Shown in pieces: positions 20,909 through 32,859 of a stretch of 64,000 bases of DNA. Position 1 is the first letter of the stretch. Each line of letters starts with the position of its first letter. The notes below the pieces were generated by a model that saw only the letters and a list, made by a program, of their open reading frames with translations, was not told the origin of the DNA and made no database searches. Both the position numbers and the translations under genes were made by a program. Source of the stretch: Vicinamibacteria bacterium (GTDB lineage Bacteria; Acidobacteriota; Vicinamibacteria; Marinacidobacterales; Marinacidobacteraceae); contig CAXXLQ010000004.1 of the NCBI GenBank assembly GCA_963668695.2, positions 2,112,001 to 2,176,000 of the forward strand. Reading direction: 5' to 3'.

Positions 20909-23296
20909 TTGATGATCCGCCTCGCGTTTTCCTGTCTGATTGTCTTGCTCGCGCTCGGTGGGTGCTCGGCCGGGTCCGGGCCGTCCACCACGCCGCCTAC
21001 CCGGGCCGCGCCGTCGCCCCCGCCTGCTCCGGCTCCCGAGCCGCCCCCCTCGTCCGAGCCGGTCCCGGCGCCCCGCGACCTGCCGGCAGCGCCGGACGAC
21101 ACCTGCGTGACGATCCACACCGGCGAGTGCGTGCCGTCACCGCAGTTCAACGCCATGGCGACCGAGCTTGCCGAGGATTACGCCGCGGACCGCAATTTCG
21201 AGGCGCAGTGGGGTCTCCACGCGATCAACGCCCACGTCGCCTACGGGCACGTGAACCTGTTGGAGGGTCCGGACGTCGCGCCGGGAACCGGCGTGACCAT
21301 CGGGGTGATCGACACCGGGATTGACGCCGAACACCCGATCTTCGAGGGCAAGACGATCCACCAGGAGTTCCTGTTCGGCGCCGTCGGGGACACCGGGGAA
21401 GAGGGATCCCACGGCACCGCGGTGGCGAGCATCGCCGCGGGAGGACAAAACGACAATCCGAACGCCGCCCACGGGGTCGCCTGGGGCGCGGACCTCGCCG
21501 TGTGGGCGATCCCGCTCGGCAGTCCCGACAACGTCTACGACCCGATCACGATCGAAGAACTCGCCGAATCGGACGAGGGGTTCGCCGAGATCTTCAAGTC
21601 GGTCTTCGCCTGGCGCGATGCGGGAGGGGACCTCGACATCCTGAACCTGAGCTTCGGCTACGAGGGCATCATCGACCGCTACGCCGAGGAGGACCTCCGC
21701 GCGAGCTTCTCGGAGATGATCGCGACCCTGGCCCAGGCGGACGCCGCCGAGAAGACGATCCTCGTCTGGGCGGCGGGAAACCAGAACGGCGACCGCTGCG
21801 GGTTCGGCGTCGAACACTGCGTGGACGGCCGGGTCGAGGCCGTCTCGGTCGGCATCCTCCCGGGGCTCCTCGCCTACATGGAGGAACTCCAGGGGCACTC
21901 CATCGCGGTGGTGGCGCTGAGCCCGGACGGCGGCGGGATCGCGAGCTTCTCGAACCGTTGCGGCATCGCCTCCGACTTCTGCATCGCGGCGCCCGGCGAA
22001 GAAGTGAGGTTCGCCTACTACGGGCCCGACGACGAAGTGGACGGCGTCCGGGGCTACGGCGAGGGGGGCGGAACCTCGTTCGCCGCCCCAATGGTGTCCG
22101 GCGGGCTCGCGGTGATGAAGCACCTCTTCCGCGACCAGCTCGCGAACGAGGAGTTGGTCACCCGGCTCTTCCTGACCGCCGACAACACCGGCATCTACGC
22201 CGACCGCGACATCTACGGCAACGGCCGGATGGACCTCGGCGCCGCCACCTCGCCGGTGGGAGTGCTCGACGTGCCCATCACGACCGGGCTGGCCGCCATG
22301 GCGCACGCGTCGCTGAACTCCACCGGGCTGCGCTTCGGCGCCGCGTTCGGCGACGGATTCGGGGAGGCGTTCGGAGACGGCGAGCTGATGGCCCTTGACG
22401 ACTACGGGGCCCCGTTCTGGTACGGCCTGGACAACTTCACGGCGACCAGCGACGGCCCTGCGATGTCGGCGCGCCTGAGGACCTTCCTGGGGCCGGGGTC
22501 CACGCCCGGACTGGCGGTGGCCACCGGCGGCGGGGGCGCCTCGGGTTCGAGCGCCGGAACGCTCGGGATGACGGCGGGCCTTCTCCGGATGCCCACCGCG
22601 GCCGGGAACGGACACCTCGCGCTCGCCGAGGGTGCGGTCATGGTGAGCGCCTTCGAAGCGGGCGGCCTCTCGGCCACTGCCTTCACCACCGGGCCGCTTC
22701 GCCCCTTCATGCCGGCGACCGGCGCGGCGCTGGGCTGGCGGCCGGACGGGCTCCCGGTGGGCTTTACGGCGGGGTGGATCTCGGAGCGGGAGACGATGCT
22801 CGGCAGCATGGGGCTGGGGGCGTTCGGCAGCCTCTCGGCCGGGACCGCCTTCTTCGGCTTCGACGGGGGCTTGGATCTCGGCGGGTGGAACCTCGGGGCG
22901 AGCGGCGAGTTCGGGGTGGTGAACCCGGCAGCGCAGGGCGGAATGATCCAGGAGATCTCCGCGCTCGCGACCAGCACCTTCGCGGTTCACGCAAGCCGCG
23001 CCTTCCAGGGCCGGAGCGCGCTGCATTTCTCGCTGTCGCAGCCGCTCCGGGTGGAAAACGGCTGGGCTTCGCTGACGGTGCCGAATGCCCGGACGAAACG
23101 GGGCGAAGTGCTCCACCGCTCGCTCCGCGCCGACCTCGCGCCCGGGGAGCGCCAGCTCGACCTCGCGGCGCAGTGGAACCGGGCGCTGCCGCTCGGCGAG
23201 TTCCGCCTGGGGGCGATCTGGAGCCACCGGCCCGGCCACCGGGATGTGCTGGGGCCGCAATTCGCGCTGCTCTCCGGCTGGCGCTGGACCTTCTAA
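20909..23296 (+). CDS. Lipidated S8 subtilase with putative C-terminal beta-barrel (autotransporter-like), copy 1
   Basis: Lipobox LGGC; DTG, HGT, AAGN and GTSFAAP catalytic motifs; amphipathic C-terminus ending GWRWTF. Confidence 0.9.
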   Translation: MMIRLAFSCLIVLLALGGCSAGSGPSTTPPTRAAPSPPPAPAPEPPPSSEPVPAPRDLPAAPDDTCVTIHTGECVPSPQFNAMATELAEDYAADRNFEAQWGLHAINAHVAYGHVNLLEGPDVAPGTGVTIGVIDTGIDAEHPIFEGKTIHQEFLFGAVGDTGEEGSHGTAVASIAAGGQNDNPNAAHGVAWGADLAVWAIPLGSPDNVYDPITIEELAESDEGFAEIFKSVFAWRDAGGDLDILNLSFGYEGIIDRYAEEDLRASFSEMIATLAQADAAEKTILVWAAGNQNGDRCGFGVEHCVDGRVEAVSVGILPGLLAYMEELQGHSIAVVALSPDGGGIASFSNRCGIASDFCIAAPGEEVRFAYYGPDDEVDGVRGYGEGGGTSFAAPMVSGGLAVMKHLFRDQLANEELVTRLFLTADNTGIYADRDIYGNGRMDLGAATSPVGVLDVPITTGLAAMAHASLNSTGLRFGAAFGDGFGEAFGDGELMALDDYGAPFWYGLDNFTATSDGPAMSARLRTFLGPGSTPGLAVATGGGGASGSSAGTLGMTAGLLRMPTAAGNGHLALAEGAVMVSAFEAGGLSATAFTTGPLRPFMPATGAALGWRPDGLPVGFTAGWISERETMLGSMGLGAFGSLSAGTAFFGFDGGLDLGGWNLGASGEFGVVNPAAQGGMIQEISALATSTFAVHASRAFQGRSALHFSLSQPLRVENGWASLTVPNARTKRGEVLHRSLRADLAPGERQLDLAAQWNRALPLGEFRLGAIWSHRPGHRDVLGPQFALLSGWRWTF

Positions 23297-23737
23297 GGAG
23301 CACCGCAGGGCAAGGACCGCCGGCCAGTCCTCCCGGTGGGGCCCTGGGAGCGCCGGCCAGTCCTCCCGGTGGGGCCCTTCAGACCGGCATCGCTCCCCGC
23401 AGGGGAGCGAAACTCCCAAACTCAGCCACGCCCCTGGCGGGGACCCATCCGCAGGCCGCGAGACTCCCATCGCCAATCCCCGCATGGCGCCGCCGGGAAC
23501 AAGAACTCCCGCCGCCAATCGTCGAAAATGGCGCACCGCTTGGAAACGCCGTCTGGTGATCGGTCCGTTATACCGGGGCAAATGATTTCACCAGGACGGC
23601 TCTGCCGGTGGGGGCGTTCACACCGGCGCCGCGCGGTCCGTGACCCGCGGAACCGCGCATATTCCACCCGTTACTACGGCGCGTGACAGTGAGAAGAAGT
23701 CGCCAAACCGACGACGGAGTTGACACAATCCCGACTC

Positions 23738-26525
23738 GTGAGACCCCGTTACCGTGGACACTCCATTCTTGGGGTTCCTGCGGAGACCTCACCCCCTGCC
23801 GGGCAGCGCCTCCCGCAGCCCTGGTGGGCCATCCTCGCCGTCGCGCTGTTCGCGGTGTCCGGATGCGGCGCCTCTGCCGGCCGGGAGGCGTTGCCGCCGC
23901 CGCCCACGGTTCAGGCCCCACCGGCGCCGCCTCCCCCCGCGCCGGAGCCACCGCCGCTGACGCCCGAACCACCCCCGGCCCAGCCGGAGTCTCCCCCGCA
24001 ACCCGAGCAGCCGCCCCCGCCGCCAGAGCAGCCGGTGCCGCCGTCATCGGGTGGTGGTGGCGGCGGTGGTGGTAGTGGCGGCGGTGGTGGCGGAGGGGGA
24101 GGAGGGACCACGCCACCTCCACCCCCTCCTCCACCCCCTCCCCCTCCTCCACCCCCTCCTCCACCCCCTCCCCCTCCTCCACCCCCACCCCCTCCTCCAC
24201 CCCCTCCCCCTCCTCCACCGCCACCCCCTCCTCCACCCCCCTCCACCCCCACTCCCTCCTCCACCTCCACCCCCCCCACCCCCTCCTCCACCGCCACCTC
24301 CACCCCCACTCCCACCCCCTCCTCCACCACCGCCCCCTCCTCCGCCCGACCCCTGCATCGAGACCCACGCCGGCGACTGCCTGACGGCACCCCAGTTCGT
24401 GACCCAGGCGGACTTGCTCGCCCCGGCCTACGCCCAGCACGCAAACTTCCAGACCCAGTGGGGTCTGGCGAGCATCAATGCCGACCTCGCCTACGGCAAT
24501 GTGGAGCTGCTGAAGGGCGCGAGCGCCGCGCCGGGTGCCGGGGTGACCATCGGCTTCATCGATACCGGGATCGACGACCAGCACCCGGTGTTCGCCGGGA
24601 AGACCATCTACGAGCAACTACTGAGCGGCGCCTCCCAGGAGACCGGTGACACCGTCTCGCACGGCACCGCGGTGGCCAGCATCGCCGCCGGCGGGAGGAT
24701 CGGGGGCTCCGACGCGGCGCACGGGGTCGCCTGGGGCGCGGACATCGCCATGTTCGCCATCCCGGCCGGAACCGGCAACAACGTCTACAACCCGATCTCG
24801 CTCGCCAGCCTCATGGCATCGGACAGCGGCCGGGCCACCGAATTCGGGACCATACTGGGCTGGCGGGACGGAACCCGGAAAGTGGACGTCCTGAACCTGA
24901 GCGTCGGCTACAACGGGCTCATCGACGCTTACAGCGAAGCGGATTTGCGCGCGAACTTCGGGACCACGATCGCCGCCATCGCCCAGGCCGGCAGCACGGA
25001 CAAGGTGATCTTCGTCTGGTCGGCGGGGAACGCGAACGGGGATGACTGTGAACCCAGCCACGCGAACTGCGTGAACGGCAAGCTGAACGCCGTCTCCGTG
25101 GACATCCTGCCGGGGCTCGTGGCCCGCATCGCGGAACTTCAGGGGCATTCGGTAGCGGTGGCGGGGCTCAGCTCCAGTGGGGAAATCACCAGCTTCTCGA
25201 ACCGGTGCGGCATCGGTGCCGCCTACTGCATCGCGGCGCCCGGGGAGGACATGACGGTCGCCTACTTCGGGCCCGATTCCATGGGCGACCCGATTCGCGG
25301 CTACGGCACCGGCCGGGGCACCTCCTACGCCGCCCCGATGGTCGCCGGCGGCCTCGCGGTGATGCGCCAGCTCTTTCGCGACCAGCTCTCGAACCCGGAG
25401 CTCCTCACCCGGCTTTTCGCGACCGCCGACAAGACCGGCATCTACGCGACCAGCAGCATCTACGGCCAGGGGAAGATGGACCTCGGGGCCGCCACCTCGC
25501 CCGTGGGGGTGTTGGAGGTGCCGATCCTGTTCGGAACGACGACTGCGGCGTACGGCGCCCTGAACTCCACCGGCCTGCGCCTCGGGGCGGCGTTCGGGGA
25601 TGGGCTGGCGGAGGCGCTCGACGGCGGTGAACTCATGGCGCTCGACGACTTCGGCGCCCCGTTCTGGTACGGCCTGGGGAACTTCGCCGCGACCACCGAC
25701 GGCCCCGCGATATCCGCGCGCCTCAGGACCTTCCTCGGGCCGGGAACTTCCGCGGGGTGGCCGTCTGGCGGCGGCGCGGGTCGCTCCGCCCACGGGATCG
25801 CGGCCTCGGTGCTGCGGATGCCCACCGCGGCCGGGAACGGCCATCTCGCGCTCGCGGAGGGCGCGGTGATGGTGAGCGCGTTCGAAGCGGGGGGCTTGTC
25901 GGCAACCGCCTTTACGACCGGAGCGCTGCGGCCCATCATGCCGGCGACCGGCGCGGCGCTCGCGTGGCGGCCCGACGGGCTGGGGATGGGTTTCCGCGCC
26001 GGGTGGATCTCGGAGCGGGAGACCATGCTCGGGAGCCTGGGGCAGGGGGCCTTCGGCAACCTCTCGGCCGGGACGGCGTTCGTCGGCTTCGATGGGGGCG
26101 TGAACCTCGGGGGTTGGCGCTTCGGGGCGGACGGCGAGTTCGGGGTGGTGAACCCGGCGGCGCAGGGCGGCATGATCCAGGAGATCTCCGCGCTCGCGAC
26201 CAGCACCTTCGCGGTCCACGCGAGCCGGGCGTTCGAGAGCGCCGGGTCACTGAGTCTTTCGCTCTCGCAGCCGCTCCGGGTGGAAAACGGGTGGGCGTCG
26301 CTGACGGTGCCCGCCGCCCGCACGAAACAGGGAGAGGTGCTCCACCGCTCGCTCCGCGCCGACCTCGCGCCCGGGGAGCGGCAGCTCGACCTGGCGGCGC
26401 AGTGGAACCGGGCGCTGCCGCTCGGCGAGTTCCGCCTGGGAACGGTCTGGAGCCACCGGCCGGGACACCGGGACGTGCTCGGACCGCAATTCGCCCTCCT
26501 CTCCGGCTGGCGCTGGACCTTCTGA
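23738..26525 (+). CDS. Lipidated S8 subtilase, copy 2; frameshift inside poly-Pro tract
   Basis: Signal/lipobox VSGC in ORF 23720-24649; protease and barrel in ORF 24051-26525. Confidence 0.85.
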
Positions 26526-26771
26526 GGAGCACCGCAGGGCAAGGAGCGCCGGGCACTTCTCCCGGTGGGGGCTAGGAACGCTGGGCAGTCCTCCCGGTGG
26601 GGCCCTTCAGACCGGCATCGCTCCCCACAGGGGAGCGAAACTCCCAAACTCAGCCACACCCCTGGTTGGGACCCATCCGAGGGCCGCGAAACTCCCATCC
26701 CCAACACCCTCACGGCGCGCGACAGCGGAGCAAGTCGCTGTAACGGCCTTGCAATTGACACAATACCGACC

Positions 26772-29488
26772 ATGAGATCTTGCTACCCCGAACACTCCAT
26801 CGTTGGGGTTTCTGCGGAGGTCTCACCCCGGTCCGGACGGCGCCGGCCGCCCTCTCGGTGGGCCATCCTCGCCGCCGTACTATTCGCCGCGTCCGGATGC
26901 GGCGCCTCCGCCGGACGGGAGGCGTTGCCGCCGCCGCCCACGGTTCAGGCCCCACCGGCGCCGCCCCCTTCTGCACCGGAGCCACCGCCACCGGCGCCCG
27001 AACCACCCCCGGCCCAGCCGGAGTCTCCCCCGTCACCCGAACAGCCGCCCCCGCCGCCGGAGCAGCCGGTGCCTCCGTCATCAGGTGGCGGTGGTGGTGG
27101 CGGCGGCGGCTCCGGCGGTGGCGGCGGCGGTGGGGGTGGCGGTGGAACCACGCCACCCGCCACCTCCCCCCCCTCCACCACCTCCCCCTCCACCTCCACC
27201 TCCACCTCCCCCCTCCTCCACCACCACCTCCGCCACCTCCCCCTCCTCCACCACCACCACCACCACCACCTCCTCCTCCTCCTCCTCCTCCGCCCGACCC
27301 CTGCATCGAGACCCACGCCGGCGACTGCGTGACGGCACCCCAGTTCGTGACTCAGGCGGACTTGCTCGCCCCGGCCTACGCCCAGCACGCGAACTTCCAG
27401 ACCCAGTGGGGGCTCGCGACCATCAACGCCAGCCTCGCCTACGGCCACGTGGAGCTGCTGAAGGGCGCGAGCGCCGCGCCGGGCGCCGGAGTCACCATCG
27501 GATTCATCGACACCGGGATCGATGACCAACACCCGGTGTTCGCCGGGAAGACCATTACCGAGCGACTGCTGTCCGGCGCCTCCCAGGAGACCGGTGACAG
27601 GGTCTCGCACGGCACCGCGGTGGCCAGCATCGCCGCCGGCGGGAGGATCGGGGGCTCCGACGCCGCGCACGGGGTCGCCTGGGGCGCGGACATCGCCATG
27701 TTCGCCATTTCGGCCGGAACCGGCAACAACATCTACAACCCGATCTCGCTCGCCAGCCTCTTGGCATTGGACAGCGGCTGGGCCGCCCGATTCGGGACGG
27801 TGCTGGGCTGGCGGAGCGGCAGCCGGAAGGTGGACATCCTGAACCTGAGCGTCGGCTACAGCGGGCTCATCGACATCTACAGCGAAGCCGACCTCCGCGC
27901 GAACCTCGGGACCGTGATCGCCGCCATCGCCCAGGCCGGCAGCACCGACAAGACGATCTTCGTCTGGTCGGCGGGGAACGCGAACGGGGACGACTGCCAG
28001 CCCAGCCACGCCAACTGTGTGAACCGCAAGTTGAACGCCGTCTCCGTGAACATCCTCGCGGGGCTCGTCGCCCGCATCGCGGAGCTTCAGGGGCATTCGG
28101 TAGCAGTGGCGGCGCTCAACTCCGGCGGGGCAATCGCGAGCATTTCGAACCGCTGCGGCATTGCTGCCGCCTACTGCATCGCGGCGCCCGGGGAGGACAT
28201 GACGCTCGCCTACTTCGGGCCCGATTCCATGGGCGACCCGATTCGCGGCTACCGCACCAGCCGGGGCACCTCCTACGCCGCCCCGATGGTCGCCGGCGGC
28301 CTCGCGGTGATGCGCCAGCTCTTTCGGGACCAGCTCTCGAATCCGGAGCTCCTGAGCCGCCTCTTCGCCACCGCCGACAAGACCGGCATCTACGCGACCG
28401 GCAGCATCTACGGCCAGGGGAAGATGGACCTCGGGGCCGCCACCTCGCCGGTGGGGGTGCTGGACGTGCCGATCCTGTTCGGAACCACGACCGCGGCGCA
28501 CGCTTCCCTGAATTCGACCGGGTTGCGTCTCGGGGCGGCGTTCGGGGACGGGCTCGCGGAGGCGCTCGACGGCGGCGAGTTCATGGCGCTCGACGACTTC
28601 GGGGCGCCGTTCTGGTACGGCCTCGGGAACTTCGCGGCGACCACCGACGGGCCCTCGATGGCCGCCCGGCTGCGGAGCTTCCTCGGGCCCCGAACTTCCG
28701 CGGGGTGGCCGTCAGGAGCGGTCGGCGCCGGATCAGGTCCGGGCCCGGGGACCCTCGGGATGAGCGCCGGCGTCCTCCGGATGCCCACCGCGGCCGGGAA
28801 CGGCCACCTCGCGCTCGCCGAGGGCGCGGTGATGGTGAGCGCCTTCGAGCGGGGCGGCCTCTCGGCGACCGCCTTCACCACCGGACCGCTGCGGCCCTTC
28901 ATGCCGGCGACCGGAGCCGTGCTCGGTTGGCGGCCCGAGCGGCTCCCGGTGGGCTTCACCGCCGGTTGGATCGACGAGCGGGAGACCCTGCTCGGGAGCT
29001 TCGGGCAGGGGGCGTTCGGGGGCCTGTCGGCGGGGACGGCCTTCGTCGGCTTCGACGGGGGGGTGGACTTCGGAAGCTGGCGCTTCGGGGCGGGCGGCGA
29101 GTTCGGGGTGGCGAATCCGGGGGTCCAGGGCGGGATGATCCGGGAGATCTCCCCGCTCGCGACCAGCACCTTCGCGGTCCACGCGAGCCGGGCGTTCGCC
29201 CGCCAGGGAGCGTTCCACTTCTCCCTGTCGCAGCCGCTCCGGGTGGAAAACGGGTGGGCGTCGCTGACGGTGCCCGCGGCCCGCACGAAACAGGGAGAGG
29301 TGCTCCAAAGGTCGTTCCGGGCCGACCTCGCCCCCGGGGAGCGTCAGCTTGACGTCGCGGCGCAGTGGAACCGGCCGCTCCCGCTCGGGGAGCTGCGGCT
29401 GGGGGCGGTGTGGAGCCACTGGCCGGGCCACCGGGATATGGTGGGGCCACAATTGGCGGCGCTGGGGGGGTGGAGGTGGGTTTTCTGA
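26772..29488 (+). CDS. Lipidated S8 subtilase, copy 3; frameshift inside poly-Pro tract
   Basis: Lipobox ASGC in ORF 26565-27332; protease in ORF 26780-29488 ending GWRWVF. Confidence 0.85.
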
Positions 29489-29511
29489 GGCGCGGAGTCC
29501 CCGGAGAGAAC

Positions 29512-30804
29512 ATGATGAGTTTGTTTTGGGAACGGTTCCGGAGCCCCCGCTGGGGCCGGTTCCGCGGGCGCCGCTGGGCGGCGTTCCTCTTCCTTGCCGT
29601 TTTCGCGGGGTGGACCCCGGAGCGCGCCCAGGGCTACCGGTACGTTGACTTCCTGCAGACCCACGTCATCACCGAGTCTTCGTGGCCGCCGTTCCTCCGC
29701 TTCGACCGGAGCGTCTGGCCCCCCGGAGAAGCGATCGAGATTCGCATCGTCCGCGATTCCGCCTTCAGCGAGGCGCTCTACGATCGGTTCGCCCGCCTGG
29801 TCGAAACGGCCCTCGGGCATTGGTCCTCGGTGGCAACGGCGGACCTCCGGTTCACGGTCGCCTTCGCCGGCGCGGAGACCTACGAAGCCGACGAGGGCGG
29901 CTTTTAACAGCCTGTGGTGAAACCCACGCGGCGTTCGAGCGGCGATCCATCCCGCCTGAACCGCGCCGCTTTGCGGCGCTCTGCGTTGCGTTTCGGTCGA
30001 AATACACCAGGTATTCCTCCCTCACGCGCCTTGTCAGCCGGGCGCCTCCCCGCTCTCGGCGCTCACGCGAGTTCCACCACAGGCTGTTAAGTGCGCCTCG
30101 TTGACGAGGACAGGTCGTCGGTGGCGCGAGGAGGGGTGATTCGCCTCCATCTCGAGGACCAGGACCCGCCCGCCTGGGTGGGGTGTCGGGTGACGGTTCC
30201 CGCCCACGCGTTGAGTAGTCCCACCGCCTTCCGGCTCCAGGTCATGGTCCACGAGTTCGGCCACTGCCTGGGACTTGGCCATACGGCGTCGTATCCCGAT
30301 TTTCGATTCCGCGACCGGGTTCGCGCGGCCGAGTTCGGCGTGGATCCGGTCATGTCCTATGGGTGGTCCCTCCACCTGGATGAGATCGCCGAACAGACCC
30401 GCCCGGACCTGATCACCCCGGACGATGCGGCCGGGATCTCGCTCCTGAGGCCGCGGCCCGGATGGCTGGAAGAGACCGGCAGGATCTGGGGCGTGGTCCT
30501 TGGAGGCGACGGCGCCCCGGTCCGCTACGGGGTGGTCATCGCCTTCCGGGTGGAGGACGGACGCGCGGCGAGCGCGGGGGTGAGCGGCTTCACCGACAAC
30601 CAGGGGTTCTTCTCCATTGCGGGGCTCGGGCCGGGCAGCTACGCCGTCCAGGCGCACCCCCTCCAGACCGGGACGGCGCATCCCGACATCTTGCCGGAGG
30701 CGGTGACCGATTTCCGGTACACCACCGCGGTCGAAGCCATCGAGGTACGCGCCGGGGCGCGTACCGGCCCGCTCACCTTCGTGGTGCAGCCGAAGGAGAA
30801 CTGA
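29512..30804 (+). pseudogene. Matrixin-like metalloprotease interrupted by a MITE
   Basis: 5' half ends EGGF-TAA at 29907; 3' half resumes at 30091 with HEFGHCLGLGH; colinear with 8802-9911. Confidence 0.85.
29908..30086. mobile_element. MITE-A, minimal copy lacking the 18-bp inserts
   Basis: CAGCCTGTGGTG...CACCACAGGCTG flanked by TTAA on both sides. Confidence 0.92.
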
Positions 30805-30805
30805 C

Positions 30806-31741
30806 GTGCCGCGAACGCTCTGCTGCCTGTTCGGTTTGCTGGTCGCGGGAGGGTGCGGCGGATCCGGGACTTCCCCTTCGTCGCCGCCTCCGGCCGCCCC
30901 GGCGCCCCCGGCCACCCCGCCGCCGGATCCCACACCCCCGCCGAACGCTCATGTCGTGGCGGGGTTCGCGCGCGACCGCATCGAGATCCGGGAAGGGGAA
31001 ACGATCCATCTGGAGGTCCCCTTCGATGCCGTCGCCGACCTTCGGTTCTTCGTGTACGACGCCGTGACGATACGGGTTGGGGTCGAGATCCTGGAGGATG
31101 ACGCCTCCGCCGACGACCTGCTGGTGGCGCGCGAGATCGCGGTGTACGGCAACGGCCGCGGGAGGACACCGCCGGTCAGCGATGTCGCCCTCGTCACGAT
31201 CCGGGCGCGGGAGGATGGCCTGGCCGAGCCGCCGGAACGGTTGCGCCTGCGACTCAAGCCCGCCAGCGTGAGTCCGTGGTATCTTGCGGAGCCCTTGAAT
31301 GTCGGCTTGACCCGGCCGGAGATCGAAGTGGTGATCCTTGACGGCGCGAACGAATGTTCGGACATCCGGATCAGCGCCGCCGCGCCCCGGCGGGTCGACA
31401 GCGGGACGGCCTGCGAACGGGGGATCCACGAGACGGAGATCACCGTCGAGACCGGGGAACCCCAGACCGGGGAACACCAGCCGCTGCAAATGGGGTCCTC
31501 CGCCGTTTCCCGGGTCCTGGCGAGGCGCACCGAGCCGGCCGGGGCCGGTTTTCGGCACTCCCTGACGGTCCAGTGGCGGCTCGGACCCGGTCCGGAGCAG
31601 GAGTTCCGCTTTCAGCCGTGCCTGGACCCGGGGCGCGGCCCCACCCTGATCTGCTCGAACCGGGCCTGCGGGGTCTTCGCCGAGGGGGAAGAGGTCCCGC
31701 CGCCGCAGCCCCCGGTGTGCGGCCGCGCCCTCGGGGAGTGA
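30806..31741 (+). CDS. Lipoprotein with Calx-beta-like and Cys-capped domain (paralog of 7865-8800)
   Basis: Lipobox AGGC; REGETI..AREDGLAE; FRFQPCLDPGRGPTLICSNRAC. Confidence 0.85.
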   Translation: MPRTLCCLFGLLVAGGCGGSGTSPSSPPPAAPAPPATPPPDPTPPPNAHVVAGFARDRIEIREGETIHLEVPFDAVADLRFFVYDAVTIRVGVEILEDDASADDLLVAREIAVYGNGRGRTPPVSDVALVTIRAREDGLAEPPERLRLRLKPASVSPWYLAEPLNVGLTRPEIEVVILDGANECSDIRISAAAPRRVDSGTACERGIHETEITVETGEPQTGEHQPLQMGSSAVSRVLARRTEPAGAGFRHSLTVQWRLGPGPEQEFRFQPCLDPGRGPTLICSNRACGVFAEGEEVPPPQPPVCGRALGE

Positions 31742-31803
31742 GGAAACGCGGCAATGGATCGCCGGGGCCTGACGGAGCATGGGCGGCTGGCGGAGGCGCG
31801 AGG

Positions 31804-32859
31804 ATGACGTCCGGATCGCGGCGCGGCGTGGCCCACGGGGTTTCGGGGGTCCTCCTGCTGGCGGCGCTGCTCCTCCCCGCCCGGCCCGGCACCGCCTACC
31901 GGTTCTATCGGGCCGAGGGGTTCCACATCCCGCCGGCGGCCTACGCGGCCCGCTGGGACGCGGCGGCGTTCCCGCTGACGTTCCGTGTCCTGGACAACGA
32001 CTTGAGGCCGGGCTCGTGGTCATTACGGACCGTGCGAACTGCGATCCTGGAGGGACTTTCAGCCTGGAACGAGGTTCCGACCTCCACCGCACGCGCCGAG
32101 CTCTCACTGGAGGCCTTGGTCGCCGACCGGACCGGGGTCCACGGCGTGAATGAGATCGGCTTCTCGGCCGAACTCGACGGATTCCACCGTCCCGGCACCA
32201 CGCGCATCTTCGGTGATTGGAGCGGGGGGATCCACGAGTGCGATATCGCCCTGAATCCGAACGGCTGGGAGGGCGAGCGGACTGAGGTTCGTCCGTGGTT
32301 CGAGTACGTGCTGATGCACGAGATCGGACACTGCCTTGGCCTCCACCACAGCGAGCCGTACCCGTTGGCCGACTGGGAGGGAGCGGTGCCCAGCACGTGG
32401 TCGCCCCCGCCGCTGATGGCGCACTCCTGGACCGCGGTGCCCGAGCTCGCGGAAGATGACCGCACCGGCCTGACGCTGCTCTATCCGACCCTGTTCTCGA
32501 GTCTGTCGCACGGAGCGGTCGCGGGACGCGTAGTGCTGGAGGGGGCTCCCGTCCGCTTCGGCTACGTCCAGGCGTTCCGGACGGGAATCCCGACGGGCGC
32601 CGGGCCGGGAACGTTCACCGACGAGAACGGCGAGTTCCTGCTCGAGGGGCTGCTGCCCGGGTCGTGGCTGCTGTGGATGCACCCCCTGCTGATCACCCAT
32701 TCCAACCCGCATCCGCGGCTGGTGCTGCAGGCGCCGGCGGCGTCGCTCGGCCGGAACGCGATCCGCGACCAGTGGCGCTGGGTGACCGCCACCGCGGGAG
32801 ACACCCTGGTCATCTCGGACATCGAGGCGGTCCGGGGGCGGCGGGTGCCGCCGTCGTGA
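31804..32859 (+). CDS. Secreted matrixin-like metalloprotease
   Basis: Signal ending GTA/YRF; HEIGHCLGLHH; PLMAH; TDENGEFLLEGLLPG. Confidence 0.85.
   Translation: MTSGSRRGVAHGVSGVLLLAALLLPARPGTAYRFYRAEGFHIPPAAYAARWDAAAFPLTFRVLDNDLRPGSWSLRTVRTAILEGLSAWNEVPTSTARAELSLEALVADRTGVHGVNEIGFSAELDGFHRPGTTRIFGDWSGGIHECDIALNPNGWEGERTEVRPWFEYVLMHEIGHCLGLHHSEPYPLADWEGAVPSTWSPPPLMAHSWTAVPELAEDDRTGLTLLYPTLFSSLSHGAVAGRVVLEGAPVRFGYVQAFRTGIPTGAGPGTFTDENGEFLLEGLLPGSWLLWMHPLLITHSNPHPRLVLQAPAASLGRNAIRDQWRWVTATAGDTLVISDIEAVRGRRVPPS

Noticed and set aside
21137-23581. Long antisense ORFs (also 49175-52069, 43594-45432, 54659-56785, 8565-10103)
   Set aside because: Shadow frames of real genes in high-GC DNA.
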